DNA of 64,000 nt from assembly GCA_951406725.2 (NCBI GenBank), contig OX597822.1, forward strand, positions 27,094,001-27,158,000, in the 5' to 3' direction. Positions 51,704-64,000 of the stretch are shown piece by piece (position 1 is the first letter of the stretch; the number at the start of each line of letters is the position of its first letter). The notes below the pieces were generated by a model. It saw only the letters and a list, made by a program, of their open reading frames with translations. It searched no databases and was not told where the DNA came from. The translations under genes were made by a program, and so were the position numbers. The stretch is from Octopus vulgaris. Its lineage: Eukaryota.

Positions 51704-52100
51704 AGACGGCGAGTTGGCAGAAACGTTAGCACGCCGGGCGAAATGCGTAGCCGTATTTCATCTGCCGTTACATTCTGAGTTCAAATTCCGCCGAGGTCGA
51801 CTTTGCCTTTCCTCCTTTCGGGGTCGATAAATTAAGTACCAGTTACGCACTGGGGTCGATGTAATCGACTTAATCCGTTTGTCTGTCCTTGTTTGTCCTC
51901 TCTGTGTTTAGCCCCTTGTGGGTAGTAAGGAAAAATATATATATTTCGTCTGCCTTTACATTCTGAGTTCAAATTCGGCCGAGGTCGACTTTGCGGAGTT
52001 GATAAATTAAGTACGTGTTGCGTACTGGGATTAATATAATCGTCTAGTCCACTCCCCCAAAGTTTCATGGACTTGTACTTTTAGTAGAAAGGATTATTAT
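51704..52100 (+). mobile_element. Family-A SINE dimer
   Basis: Head, core, tail 1, core, tail 2, then (ATT)n. Confidence 0.9.
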
Positions 52101-52625
52101 TGAGTGAGAGAGCAGCGCATGCCATCAAAGTGACACTGGGGTAAAATATACGAAGCCCAGTATACTCATCGTGACTATAGGTCTGATAAGGGTGCATCAG
52201 GTACATGCATCACAATATGTGCACGGCATGATCTCATATCAAGATAAACAGCACATGACCTTGCAGCTGGGGCCCAGTTAGAATTTTCTTCAGGTCGAGC
52301 AGCCTATCCTGTTCAAAAGGTCCCCGAATAAGGGTTGTTTAAGGGTGTTGAACGAAACACTCATGTTTCCAAGGGTGAATTATTCCAACCCTAAAGAATT
52401 CCTCTCAACACATGGCTATGATGCTCCCCCACATATCGTCAGCCACTAAGGGGCATGCTCAACTGGTTATGGTCAAACAACTGACAATAAAATCTGTGGT
52501 ATTGAGCAGAATATTTGCTGCAGCCCATCTTTTATACTAAGACAAAACAATGTACATGATAACACTTCCAATCAGTTAAGATCAGAAGCCATGAGAGAGA
52601 CTGCCTGGTACTGCATCAGAGCATT
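52101..52625 (-). mobile_element. About 525-bp non-coding retroelement inserted in (TAA)n
   Basis: (ATT)n on both sides, no ORF, no TIR, and a 3' end shared with 50891-51003. Confidence 0.7.
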
Positions 52626-53916
52626 TATTATTATTATTATTATCATCATTATCATTATTGTTATTATTATAGGATTGATGAAATATTGTGCCAGCCAATT
52701 GCTGTGGTCGATGGTATCACCTGTCTCTTCCATCAAAACTCCTGTTCTTGATCCTGAATTAGAAACAATTACTATCATTATAATAATTAAGGCGGCGAAC
52801 TGGCAAAATCATTATCGTACCGGACAAAAAGCTGAGAAGTATTTCTTCCGAGTCTTTACTTTCTGACATGAAATGCCGCCGAGGTCGATTTTGCCTTTCA
52901 CGCCTCTGGGGTCGGTAAAATAAAGTAGCAGTCTTTTATCCCTCTGGGGTTGACGAATAAAAAACCGAGGGAGATAGTATCGATTAGCCCTTCATCCTCA
53001 AGACTGCTGGCCGTGTAAATAAATTTGGGACAATCATTATAATTGTTGTTGCTAAATTTCTCTTGTAAGAATGAGATTCATTCAGTTGCAGTTGGATATT
53101 TACCAAGTGCAAACGAAGAAAAAATATTTGTATTTGGATAATTTTCAACAGTAAACCTTTTGAAATGGTATGGACGTCTACTTAACATAAAGTTGGAGAC
53201 ATAAAGTCTGCCATTTTTGGACATTATTTTAATTTTCTGTTTTTGTTTACACGTAATTCAAAATAGCTTCTTGACAGCTCTTTTAAAATATAGTGAGCGT
53301 TGAGAAAAATAACAAAAAGAAAAAGGAATAGGAGGCCAAATTTAATTTGACAGCAACACCCATCCATCGCACACGGAAGAAATGATCATAATTAGTTCTT
53401 AAAGTCGTCAATTTAAGACAATATGAACGACGTTGTTAACAACAACAACATACTTTTTTGCCAAACGAAGAAATCTAGCCAAAACTAATACGTGACGGTG
53501 TTGTTTTGGGTAACACAGATATGATTAGCAATTATTTCGCTTTCGCTGGTAGCAACGATGGCTAGAACTATATGTAACTTAGTAGGGAAAAAATATATTT
53601 GACCGAGAAAACGCCTTCCTTCCTGAGGTCCCTATCCAAGAGCAGGCAATGTTACGTATGTTTGAATCTGTAAACATACAGAGGTTTTCTTGATGCTTTT
53701 AAAGCAAGAACTGGCTGGTGTGCGGAGTAACAGCTCTTCCACCTGTGACGGTAGTGTTCATGGAACCGTATACCTGGTTTTAAAAACAGTGAACAGAACA
53801 GGCATCAAGCCGAACCGGTACTTTAAACTTTTATCAATAGGCTTATGCCATAATATGTGAAGTACGAAATATCAAAGCCATGGCGAAGGACATTGGTGGT
53901 AACGTTTAAACATAAT

Positions 53917-54293
53917 AAGGCGGTGAGCTGGCAGAAACGTTAGCATGCCGGGCGAAATGCTTAGCGGTATTTCGTCTGTCGCTACGTTCTGAGTTCAAAT
54001 TCCACCGAGGTCGACTTTGCCTTTCATCCTTTCGGGGTCGATTAAATAAGTACCAGTTACGCACTGCGGCCGATATAATCGACTTAATCCGTTTGTCTGT
54101 CCTTGTTTGTTCTCTCTATGAATTAAGTCGATTACATCGACCCCAGTGTGTACCTGGTACTTAATTTATCGACCCCGAAAGGATGAAAGGCAAAGTCGAC
54201 CTCGGCGGAATTTGAACTCACAACGTAACGGCAGACGAAGTACCGCTAAGCGTTTCGCCCGGCAAGCTAACGTTTGTGCCAGCTCGCCGCCTT
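53917..54293. mobile_element. Tail-to-tail inverted pair of family-A SINEs
   Basis: Arms 53917-54088 and 54122-54293, spacer 33 nt. Confidence 0.92.
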
Positions 54294-54982
54294 TCGCCGC
54301 GTTCGTTATACCTATACAAACTACTATAAAATTTATAGAAAGCCTTTGCTTGCTGAAAAGGCTGACCAGAGACTAAACAACAACAATAACATCTCAAACA
54401 GGTTCTATGGCTTTCTGCAATTAAACATTATTTGTTTGGACGGTCTTCCAGCTTTGAATATTGTCAATGACGTGTACTCGGTCGTCATCTGCTCAGGAAT
54501 ATTATATTTAACACTGAATTCTCTTGCGTATTCACTCTTTTTCAGGCGTTATTATTAAGTTTTAAAAAAATTTAGTGGTGTTTGTTTTTTAGCTAGACGA
54601 AACTGGTGGATAGAGGATTCCTTATTCACCCCCAAACAAACGGACTCATTCACAAAATGTTCAACAACAGTATTGCTTTGTAGGAAAAGAGATATAAATA
54701 ACAAGTATCAACAAGAATAAAACAGATGCATAGGAAAATAGCGGCAGCGTCAATAGCGTCTTTAACCTCAAATACTATGATGAGATGTACAATGTAAGCA
54801 ATAAATGCAGAGAAATAATAGCTATGATGTTCGAATAATCTCTGCTCACACAGAAAGTGAATCATCAATTATTTCAAATTCCTCAGGGGGTGATAGAAGT
54901 TAACAAGGCAGGTGCTCTAAATACTGAAGGTGAGAGGCTCTACGTGGGTACTCCATTTACTAAAAAGTAGTAGCTAAAAGAT

Positions 54983-55163
54983 GTATTTCGTCTGCCGATA
55001 CGTTCTGAGTTCAAATTCCGCCGAGGTCGACTTTGCCTTTCATACTTTCGTGGTCGATAAATTAAGTACCCGTTACGCACTGGGGTTGATATAATCGACT
55101 TAATTCCTTTATCTGTTCTTGTTTGTCCCCTCTATGTTTAGCCCTTTGTGGGCAATAAAGAAA
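54983..55163 (+). mobile_element. Headless family-A SINE unit
   Basis: Starts at gtatttcgtctg, the same point at which units restart in the tandem arrays, and ends at tail 1. Confidence 0.85.
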
Positions 55164-58100
55164 GATGTTAGAACTGGCACAACAGAACGCCTCTGAAAAT
55201 AGGTGTAGTATGTATATATACCATTGAAAGGCGTAATGCCTTGGTTTTTGACTGAGAGAAAATCTCTTCACTGATATGTTGTGTGAAAAGCAATATATTT
55301 CGGACCAAAGCGAACATCGTCCCATTGGGTCACGAGAAATTCAGACGCGCTTCGGCCGTTTTAACTTTGTCAATGACGTGTACTCGGTCGTCATATGATT
55401 GGACAAAATTTGTTCCCTCCGATATTTAGGAAACAGTAAAATATATAATCACTGATTTTCTGCAAAGCTTGTACAGTTAGAATAAACTCGACGCACACGA
55501 CATGTTTATAAAGGGATCTGATTTTCTGTCAAGCAAAACCTCACAGCATTAAGCTTTTCAAGGTATATACATTAAGTATGATACACAGATGGCTACTGAC
55601 CTCAACTAAATGGCGATATAGCATATCTGGAACCACAGATATGTGGGATGCATCAAGTTCTTCCTAGTGATTTACAGGTCATACGATTGTTCGTTCAGAA
55701 GTGATCTAGGGTTACACGGCAACATTAGCGTTAAGTTGATCACCTACATACTTCAACATCTCATCCAACTGACTTCTGCATCTCGTAGTGGGCTAGTCTC
55801 TTATAATCTCAGATGAGGACCTCCTGTGTTATTTGTATGCACTGTGGTCCTCTATATTGTGTCCATTCTCCCTAGGCTCCACATTAACCTGATATACTCA
55901 GGTCATCTTTCCGGAAATGTCAGCCTCAAGAAATTCTTCGAGAGCAATTTAAAAATTTTTTTATTTTGCAACTGTCAGATTTCAACTGTTCAATAGGATC
56001 ACTGATCATATTGATCTCACCGGCTTTTTGGAGTGTCGGAGGGTCTGTGAATGTCATGGATCCAACCCTTTCCTCCAGAACGAATCATTAAAAACGAAAA
56101 CCAAAAGCACCAAAAGCCTATTTCGAATTACAAAACTTTGAACATGAAACAGTTAAATTATTCCATCTTTTGATAGGTTGATAAACAAGTGTGTTTCAAT
56201 TCCCGAATAAGTTATGCTAGCAACATTTGGTCAGCTGATGGTAATCAACGTAAACTGTGTGTAAAAAGTAAATCGATAGAAAGCAATTATGGAACTGATT
56301 AAGCCTTAGAGAGAAAGTATCAGTTAAAATTATAAAAATAAAACATCAATAAACGAAAACCTTTGCAAATCTGAAAGTTTAATTCAGTTGTTATATCTTG
56401 AAGCCAGTAAACGAGTAATGCTTCTTCCCGTTTTGAAGACTTGCTGTCGTTTTTAACAGTCGATTATTATGATGCAGAGCGAACAGGTTTGCCATCTCTT
56501 TCAGCTATCTTAGCAACCAGTAGTGCGTAGCTGTTTCGTGATGTAGCTCTGAACTTCGATAACAGACAAATGTAATTGATACCTAATCAATAAGTAGCAT
56601 GTAACGGAATTTGTGTGAAGTAAAACTAGCTTGAAGATCATAGAAGGCGACTGGGTAGGAGAATTACCCAGGGATGTCTTTTGCACTAACAAAAAAATAT
56701 GGTTAAAGGGAATGAAGGCTAACGAGTAATGTAGTGAAAAAGAAAAAAAATTATAATTACACTGGTAATGTGGAAAAAATTCATTAGGTTGAATGAATAA
56801 TTCTGGTTTAGAGCATTAAGGGAGACAACTTCAGAATGATAATTTGACAATCGAAAATATTATAGCGGCAATACACATGGAATTAGGAGTTGTTAATAAC
56901 ATCTTTAAATCAAATTTGGAAATAAAATTTATCGAAGGATGACCTCGTGTTTCAGTTGTTTCCGGGTTTATGGAATTAATTACTGTATCAATGGGAACAA
57001 ACAGATGTTGTAAAATGGATGAACAACTTGATAATAGGAGTAGGAATGACTACGAGGTGAGTGATTTTATGAAGATTATAAGTGACGGGCGAATAAATTC
57101 TGTGATACCCTTTAAATCTATGTGAACGCCTCAGTAAGCGCAACAGTGTGTGTATATTAGTAATGCTTATTTCTACAACATTGTAAATCTGAGACATTAT
57201 GTGAAAAACAATAAATCAATGCAATGTTTGGAAGAAACATTAAATGGAAATTTCAACAAAAATTTCAGCTGAAGCTACGAGTTTATCTGATTATTGCCAT
57301 AGTCACATGTATGGCTTTGAGATGTGTTTTAAGTTCGACGAATATGACAATAAAAATGAATAAAAAATTCCTGTTGTAAATATCTGATGACATCAACTAG
57401 CAGATGAAATACAGGCCTTAAATATATAATATTTATACAAGTAATGTCTCGGGACAAATTAGGCAGTTGAGATTATGTGTAACATCTTAAATGTTGTGCA
57501 CATAACCAAGTCGAGGATACTCTTCGCTAACCATCAACTGTTCTTCTGGTCTTTTACTGCCTTTGGTCATTAGATTATGGTCATATTGGGGTACCATCGT
57601 GAAGGGTATAATCGATAAAATCGACCCCCATACTTATTCTAAGTTTCGTTCTTACTCCGCCGGACTCTCTTTGTGGAACCAGTTTTCAAGTGGTAAGAGA
57701 AACATCAACACACACACACACACCTTTAAAAAATCATCGGTCTTCTTAGGACTATATTACTAGACTTACCTCAGGTACCGCGCAATGGAACTGAATCCAA
57801 AAGGCTGTGTTTTTAAGGAATAAACTTCTTAACCACACAGCTGTGGCTGCACCTATTGCAATAACTACACATTTTTGATAATATCTTTCTCTGTGAAATA
57901 GATATTTGATTTAACACTTCGTTCTCCATAAATCAAAACTCAGTCGATGCTAGCAGCTCTTAAAGACAGAAAAGTTGAAGAAAGCCTCTAGTTCTGCTGT
58001 TTTATCGTAAACATCAATTGAGAAGTCTCTAATACAGTCTCTGATATAGCAAGAACAACTGTAATTGACATAGGCCAAAAGGGTGAAAGAAAATGCTTGG

Positions 58101-59709
58101 TGAAACGTTCATGCTTTCATCAAGATATTCGTATATAAAACATTTCCAAGCCGGTATCGAAACCAGGTAATGAACTTGGTTCGTGACATTTGTCAACGCC
58201 ATCATCTTATCCAGCGATCACAACTAATGAAACAACATTGAATTCGATGTTTTATCGGCAAAAGTTTTCTAAATAGTTTATATAATCTTGGAAGATTATT
58301 GTATGATAAGAATCCAGTACAGGTTACTTGGTGCAAAGCATAGCATTGAAAATAACTGAAGCTAAAGCGGTAATAGTTTCTCTCAAAGATATATATTTTT
58401 AAACTATTCCCATGCTGAGAAATCATTAAGAAAAAAAGGGCTAAAATAGCAAACCGAAGAAATAATACAGAAATATGACCAAGAAAGAATTATAATTATT
58501 TTTTTAGGTTAACAATACAGGATCCGCGAAAATATTTCAGTTATTCTGAAAGCTTAAACAATTGTTTTATTATTACCCACTTGAAAGCTTAAACAATATC
58601 ATCTACATCATAGTAGTAGTTGATTTTGCTTGGCTGAACTACTAATGTGATAGGAAGCTGGCTAAAACTAAAATAATGGACAATGCTGTTTTGGTAAGCA
58701 CGTAAATAAATAAATAAATATTTGTTTGATCGAAGTAAATAAAGCGGAAATTTTTTAAATTAATTTAACGACTTAGAGTTTATCCCAGTACACTTGCGTT
58801 TTGTTCTCGATTTTGTATCTTTCTTGTTAATGAAATATAATACAAACATAAATCAAAAGAAATACAGAGTTATGTTTACTGCTGGGAAGTAGTCTTTTGA
58901 AGTAGTTAAACAACATTTAGTCTGTAAATCCTAATATTGTATAATTACACAAAAATTCTCAGTTAATTTTTGAAAGGATAAATGTCATTAAGAGAAGACG
59001 TTGTTTAAATAAGGTTATTTACAGAGTGATTGGAATACAACGATTGAGACGTGTTTAACTTGATGAAAGGTCATGAAGGGTAAAACAGGGAAAGGCGAAT
59101 CAAAAGCAATTCGTAATTAACCGAATTAAAGACAAACAATTTATGAATTCTCTGAAACAAATCTTGAGATTAAATGTCAACGCTCTTACCCACCACTTGG
59201 CCTCTGAAATACATGCGTCAGCAAGCTAGGATTAGGTGAAAGCCTTATCCAATAGTTGGTTACAACCCTTAGTTTAGTTCTAAAGGTTTGCGATAAGTTC
59301 ATGTAATGTATTATAATTGCAATCAAAATGGTCGAGTGACGACAAGATGCTTCAATTTCAGCCTACAACTGCTGCTATAAATGTCCCTGAAAGCAAATCT
59401 CTCTCTACAGTATATCAATAGAACAGCAAAACCCTTTGTCATCATATCATTTAGATCATTTGTGCAAATGAATTCTGAAAATTATGAAGAATTTAGTAAA
59501 ATAGCATCATCATTATTAAGCAAGTGTTTGGAACAAAAAATTTATGTGAAATTTTGACGGAATGTTATTAGATTACTTCAAAACAAAAAGTTTGTATCAC
59601 AGAACAAGGGCTAATCTCAGATCAGCTGATATCAAAAGGCATAAAACCTGATTTCAGTTTGTTTCCTAAAAGTACTCAACTCCAATTGAAAAAAGTTGGA
59701 AGAGTAAAA

Positions 59710-60082
59710 CTACTTACTTGTACTTGTGGCAACATTCATCCTGGGCAGGTTGAGTCGGCTTCTTCTATTCATGGAAGAAGTTTCGTGGGAATATGTGGAT
59801 TTCACAAGCGGTCCCCAACAATCCCGCATCTAGAGACATCCTGTTTGCCGTATATTGTCCGCAGACGCAGGGACAGAACGACCGAGGAGCCGCCGGTTGC
59901 CGAAACAGACACTCCGAGGATTTTCACCAGATTTTCACCCCGTCTGCCGGGTTGTGGCCCTAATACCACTCGGTGTCAGACCAATCCGCCTTGGGTGGCC
60001 CTACCAGGAACCGAAGTTCCCGACGGCATAGCTCTGACACTACCCGTTGCCAGCGTTCCCACCACGGTGAGGAAGGGAATGG
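59710..60082 (-). mobile_element. Short non-autonomous RTE-like element with a structured 5' region
   Basis: GC-rich island. The minus strand has gagctatgccg...gtagggccacccaaggcgga..ggtc, recalled as similar to BovB/Expander 5' UTRs. 3' tail acaagtacaagtaagtag. No RT coding sequence. Confidence 0.65.
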
Positions 60083-61332
60083 ACTTTGGGGACTTTGGGA
60101 AGATTAAAAGCAATACATCCTTCATGAGCAGTCAGTTAATTAATGAAATAGACAGATATAAGTTATCCGGTGCCCTAGTTTAATTTGAACATTTTAACAA
60201 TATCGATGGATTCATATTTCTTGTAGGACAAGACAAGCTCAACTAAAATTTGGGTATTTAAATACCTCGTTTAATATTGGAAATCAGTAAAACTTTTCGT
60301 GTCAGAAAATTTAGCTTCTGAGCTGAGAATCCTGGGTGGATCCATACAAATTTCTTCAAGCGAACGCTTAGTCCTAAAATATCAAGTTTAAAGTCGGGAG
60401 ATGCACGTAGATAAGTAAAATCTTTTTAAAAATTCAGCAATGTTTTTCTACATCGTGTAATTTGGGTTATTAAATAATGTGTTTCCGGTAGTCGTTTAAG
60501 CAGTTGTGTTCCTCACCTCCGTTCGAGTTTGGCTCATTAACATTACCTTGCCTGGATTCAGTTTTCCTAATTGTTCTATGTGAATGTCAGTCATTAATTT
60601 CTTTTTCTATCAAATAGAATCAGAGGCGACACAAGAACTGATGGGCCGTAAGGCAGCAATTCGAAACTTTACATAGTTAACAATTAATACTCAACTAAAA
60701 AACACTGCTACATCTAAAGACAGCAAAGAATTCCATTAAAACAGCATGTAGTTCTTAATTAAGCAAATAAATCATTCTTTGTTGAGTTTAGAGAAGATAC
60801 AGAAATTAAAGAGTGCAGGGAAACTCTTCTAGATTTAAAAGAAACGGCAGTTTGTAATAAAACACGCCTTTTGCTTGTAAATCATAGCTGATAAGTTTCA
60901 TTAAAGAAATAGGAAAAAAAAAAAACTTCGATTCGAGAAGAACTTGTTTCTGTTTGGCATGTATACATTAGTATGTTTCAGTGTCAATGACATAGAATAT
61001 ATAAATTATTTCACTTAGCTTATATGAAGAGAGTAACATAATCATTGCAGCGTATAGCAAATGAGAAGACTATATATATTGTGTATTGCAACTAGTCTTA
61101 TCTGTCTTCCCATAAGATGACAACTATCAACTAAATGTGTCGCGAGATTTTATGACATCACTGATGATACTCTGATTCCTAGAGAATGGACAGAACACAC
61201 ATTCAGCTCTGTTATATTTTTGGAAAGTAAGAAAAACAAATTTAGTAACCCGTTGTCTTAGGCTATCAGAATTATGAAGTTAATCGTGGATTGATAATGT
61301 CTAGTACTGATTAAATCCTGTCACATGAGAAT

Positions 61333-61447
61333 AGTTAAGTTAAGTTAAGTTGAGTTAATTTTTTGGCTCAAAAAGCAAAAAGCAAGGCCATGTAGGGGGA
61401 CATGGAGTTATGTACAGGGAGGGTGTTCATGCAAAGAGTTCAGGCCA
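61333..61447 (-). mobile_element. Probable 3' end of a LINE with a (TTAAC)n tail
   Basis: The minus strand ends tccccctacatggccttgctttttg...aattaactcaacttaacttaacttaac. Family not determined. Confidence 0.45.
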
Positions 61448-61486
61448 ATAACTTGTCAATGAATAATTTACTAGTTTAAATATATG

Positions 61487-61923
61487 CTTTTCTAATCTAG
61501 GCACAAGGCCTGAAATTTTTTTTTGAGGGGGGGGGGGTAGTCGATTAGATCGATCTCAGTACGCAACTGGTATTTAATTTAATAGGGCGGGCGAAATGCG
61601 TAGCCGTATTTCGTCCGCCGCTACGTTCTGAGTTCAAATTCCGCCGAGGTCGACTTCGCCTTTCAAACTTTCGGGGTCAATAAATTAAGTACCTGTTACG
61701 CACTGGGGTCAATGTAATAGACTTAATCCGTTTGTCTGTCCTTATTTGTCCCCACTGTGTTTAGCCCCTTCTGGGTAGTAAAGAAATAGGTATTTAATTC
61801 ATCGATCCCGAAAGGATGAAAGGCAAAGTCACCTTGGCGGAATTTAAACTCAGAACGTAAAGACAGACGAAACACCGCTAAGCATTTCGCCCGGCGTGCT
61901 AACGTTTCTGCCAGCTCGCTGCC
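61487..61923. mobile_element. Family-A SINE (plus) nested inside a family-A SINE (minus)
   Basis: Minus tail at 61487-61579, plus unit at about 61585-61790, minus core and head at 61790-61923. ggtatttaatt is repeated at 61569-61579 and 61789-61799. Confidence 0.85.
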
Positions 61924-62186
61924 TTATATCTGAGTTGATATTGTTAACTGTATCACGACTTCTGCTTCCTGGCAGCTTACGTCTGGAACCTCAGTGTATA
62001 TCAGAAATTAGAAACCAATATCTTTATTTATATTTTTACGATTTCAAAGTTCTTATTTTTAAAATTTGTTCTCTTTAAATATTTCGGAAACATTTTAACC
62101 GGTAATTACTCAAGGGAAGACTCATTTAAACATTTCATAAACACACTGAAGCAGTTAACTTGATCGTTTATTATTTAGTGTAAAAA

Positions 62187-62765
62187 AGGTGGCCAGCTGG
62201 CAGAAACGTTAACACGCCGGGCGAAATGCTTAGCAGTATTTCGTCTGTCTTCCCATTCTGAGTTCAAATTCCGCCGAGGTCGACTTTACTATTCATCCTT
62301 TCGGGGTCGATAAATCAAGTACCAGTTACGCACTGGTTTATCGACTTAATCCGTCTGTCTCTCCTTGTTTGTCCTCTCTGTGTTTAGCCCCTTGTGGGTA
62401 GTAAGGAAAAAAATATATATTTCGTCTGCCTTTACATTCTGAGTTCAAATTCAGCCGAGGTCGACTTTGCCTTTCATCATTTCGGGGTCGAATAAATAAG
62501 TATCAGTTACGCACAGAGGTCGATATAATCGACTTAATCCGTTTGTCTATCCTTGTTTGTCCCCTCTGTGTTTAACCCCTTGTGGGTAGAAAGAAATAGG
62601 TATTTCGTATATCGCTAAGTTCCGAGTTCAAATTTCGCCGGGGTCGACTTTGCCTTTCATCCTTTCAGGTGGATAAATTAAGTATCCATGGAGTACTGGG
62701 GTCGATGTAATCAATTTTAATCTCTCCTTCAAATTTCAGGCCTTGTGCCTATAGTAGAAAGGATT
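62187..62765 (+). mobile_element. Family-A SINE trimer
   Basis: One head. Cores restart at about 62418 and 62600. Tails in the order tail 1, tail 1, tail 2. Confidence 0.9.
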
Positions 62766-63297
62766 ATCCAATGTCAAAAGGACAGTGAAGTGGTAGAATC
62801 ACTACCCCAGCAAATGTAGCAGCATTTATTCTGAAGTCTTTACGTTCTGATATCAAATTCCGACGAGGTCAACTTCCATCCTTTCGAGTCTTTAAGATAA
62901 GGTACCTGCCAAGTACTGGGTCGATGTAATCGACAAGTTCCCCCCTCCCCCACCGCCCACCACCACTGCAAATCGCTGGCCTTGTGCTAAAATTTATACG
63001 AATTATTTGGTGACAAAATTTTCATCTAATTATCTGCGTGCGACTTGGTCACTGGTACAGTCCCACTTTTATAAAAATCAAGTTCAAGTTTGATTGCGAA
63101 CAGGAATTGAACTGAGAATCGCAAATTTAGTATATAAAGGGAGAGATAAAAATAAAAAAAAAACGTAGCATGGTACTCTACTTTAAAGTACTGACTAATC
63201 CTCATCACCTATGGCTGAATTTGTAATGGTTTCTTCTGACTTCTAAACTACAAAAATTTTAGCCGATATAGTATGGGATATGAGTAGTTCGCAAAAA

Positions 63298-63515
63298 GGC
63301 GGCGAGCTGGCAGAAACGTTAGCACGTCGGGCGAAATGCTTAGCAGTATTTCGTCTGCCACTACGTTCTGAGTTCAAATTCCGCCGAGGTCGACTTTGCC
63401 TTTCATTCTTTCGGGGTCGATTAAATAAGTACCAGTTACGCACTGGGGTCGATGTAATCGACTTAATCCGTTTGTTTGTCCTCTGTGTTTAGCGCCTTGT
63501 GTGTAGTAAAGAAAT
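63298..63515 (+). mobile_element. Family-A SINE monomer
   Basis: Head, B box, core, tail 1. Confidence 0.9.
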
Positions 63516-64000
63516 ATATATAAATAGTTCGCAAACAGTTTCAGTGATTTTATTAGTAATGAAGAATAGAAAAAAAACACGTTTCGGTCACTTGTCCAAT
63601 TTCTGAGAGATAGAGAGGAAGAGAGATAGAGAGAGGGGAGGAAGAGAGAGAGAAGTAAAGATGCGGCGAAAGAAATTTTATTGCCTCGTTTATAAAAACT
63701 ATAGAATAACCAAGCTTTGAATAAAAATTTCAGTGTGGTTATTGTTTTCTGCTGGAGTAGCAACAACACTACGTAATTAATAAGAGTTTCGCTGGAATGC
63801 GCTCCTGAATGAAATCTCTCAGTGAGTATGGCCAAAAGATGAATTCTTACTCACTGGTTTCATCTATATTCCCAAATGTACAATGGTAGTAGCCATGGTT
63901 ATATCTGTATTTCTGATACAAAAAATGGCAATGATAATGGGTTTGGGTTAATTGCTTCATTAAATATAATTGCTCTCAACAATTTAGAAGACAGTTAAAT

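Noticed and set aside
57384-57425. CUGAUGA...GAAA as a hammerhead
   Set aside because: Stem II register is wrong and there is no stem III or stem I; expected by chance in AT-rich DNA.
59659-60183. 174-aa ORF as a gene
   Set aside because: No recognisable domain, non-ATG start, and it is the antisense of a GC-rich RTE-like element.
62187-62765. CRISPR-like or satellite array
   Set aside because: Units are about 180-bp SINE bodies without unique spacers, in eukaryotic DNA.

Overview
AT-rich, microsatellite-dense animal DNA. The repeat families look like those of octopus (coleoid cephalopod); this is recognition from memory, not a database result. I found no host protein-coding exon, so the window reads as intron or intergenic sequence, and almost all of the supplied ORFs are translations of (TA)n/(CA)n/(GA)n tracts or SINEs. 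It contains more than 20 copies of one tRNA-headed SINE (family A), several copies of a bipartite CORE-like SINE (family B), a decayed hAT transposase, mariner fragments and MITEs, a MITE with GG-terminal TIRs and 8-bp TSDs, a Helitron-like element, and R4/Dong-like, RTE-like and CR1/L2-like LINE pieces. The most interesting signal is a set of short fold-back elements, mostly next to (TA)n tracts, that carry minimal type-I hammerhead ribozyme cores of the Penelope-like kind. One core at 592-652 is essentially intact, a pair faces outward in a palindrome at about 32.2-32.3 kb, and a decayed one is fused behind a tRNA-like Pol III head at 46.4-46.6 kb. A second structured-RNA candidate with a cUUCGg tetraloop sits at the 5' end of a short RTE-like element at about 60.0 kb.
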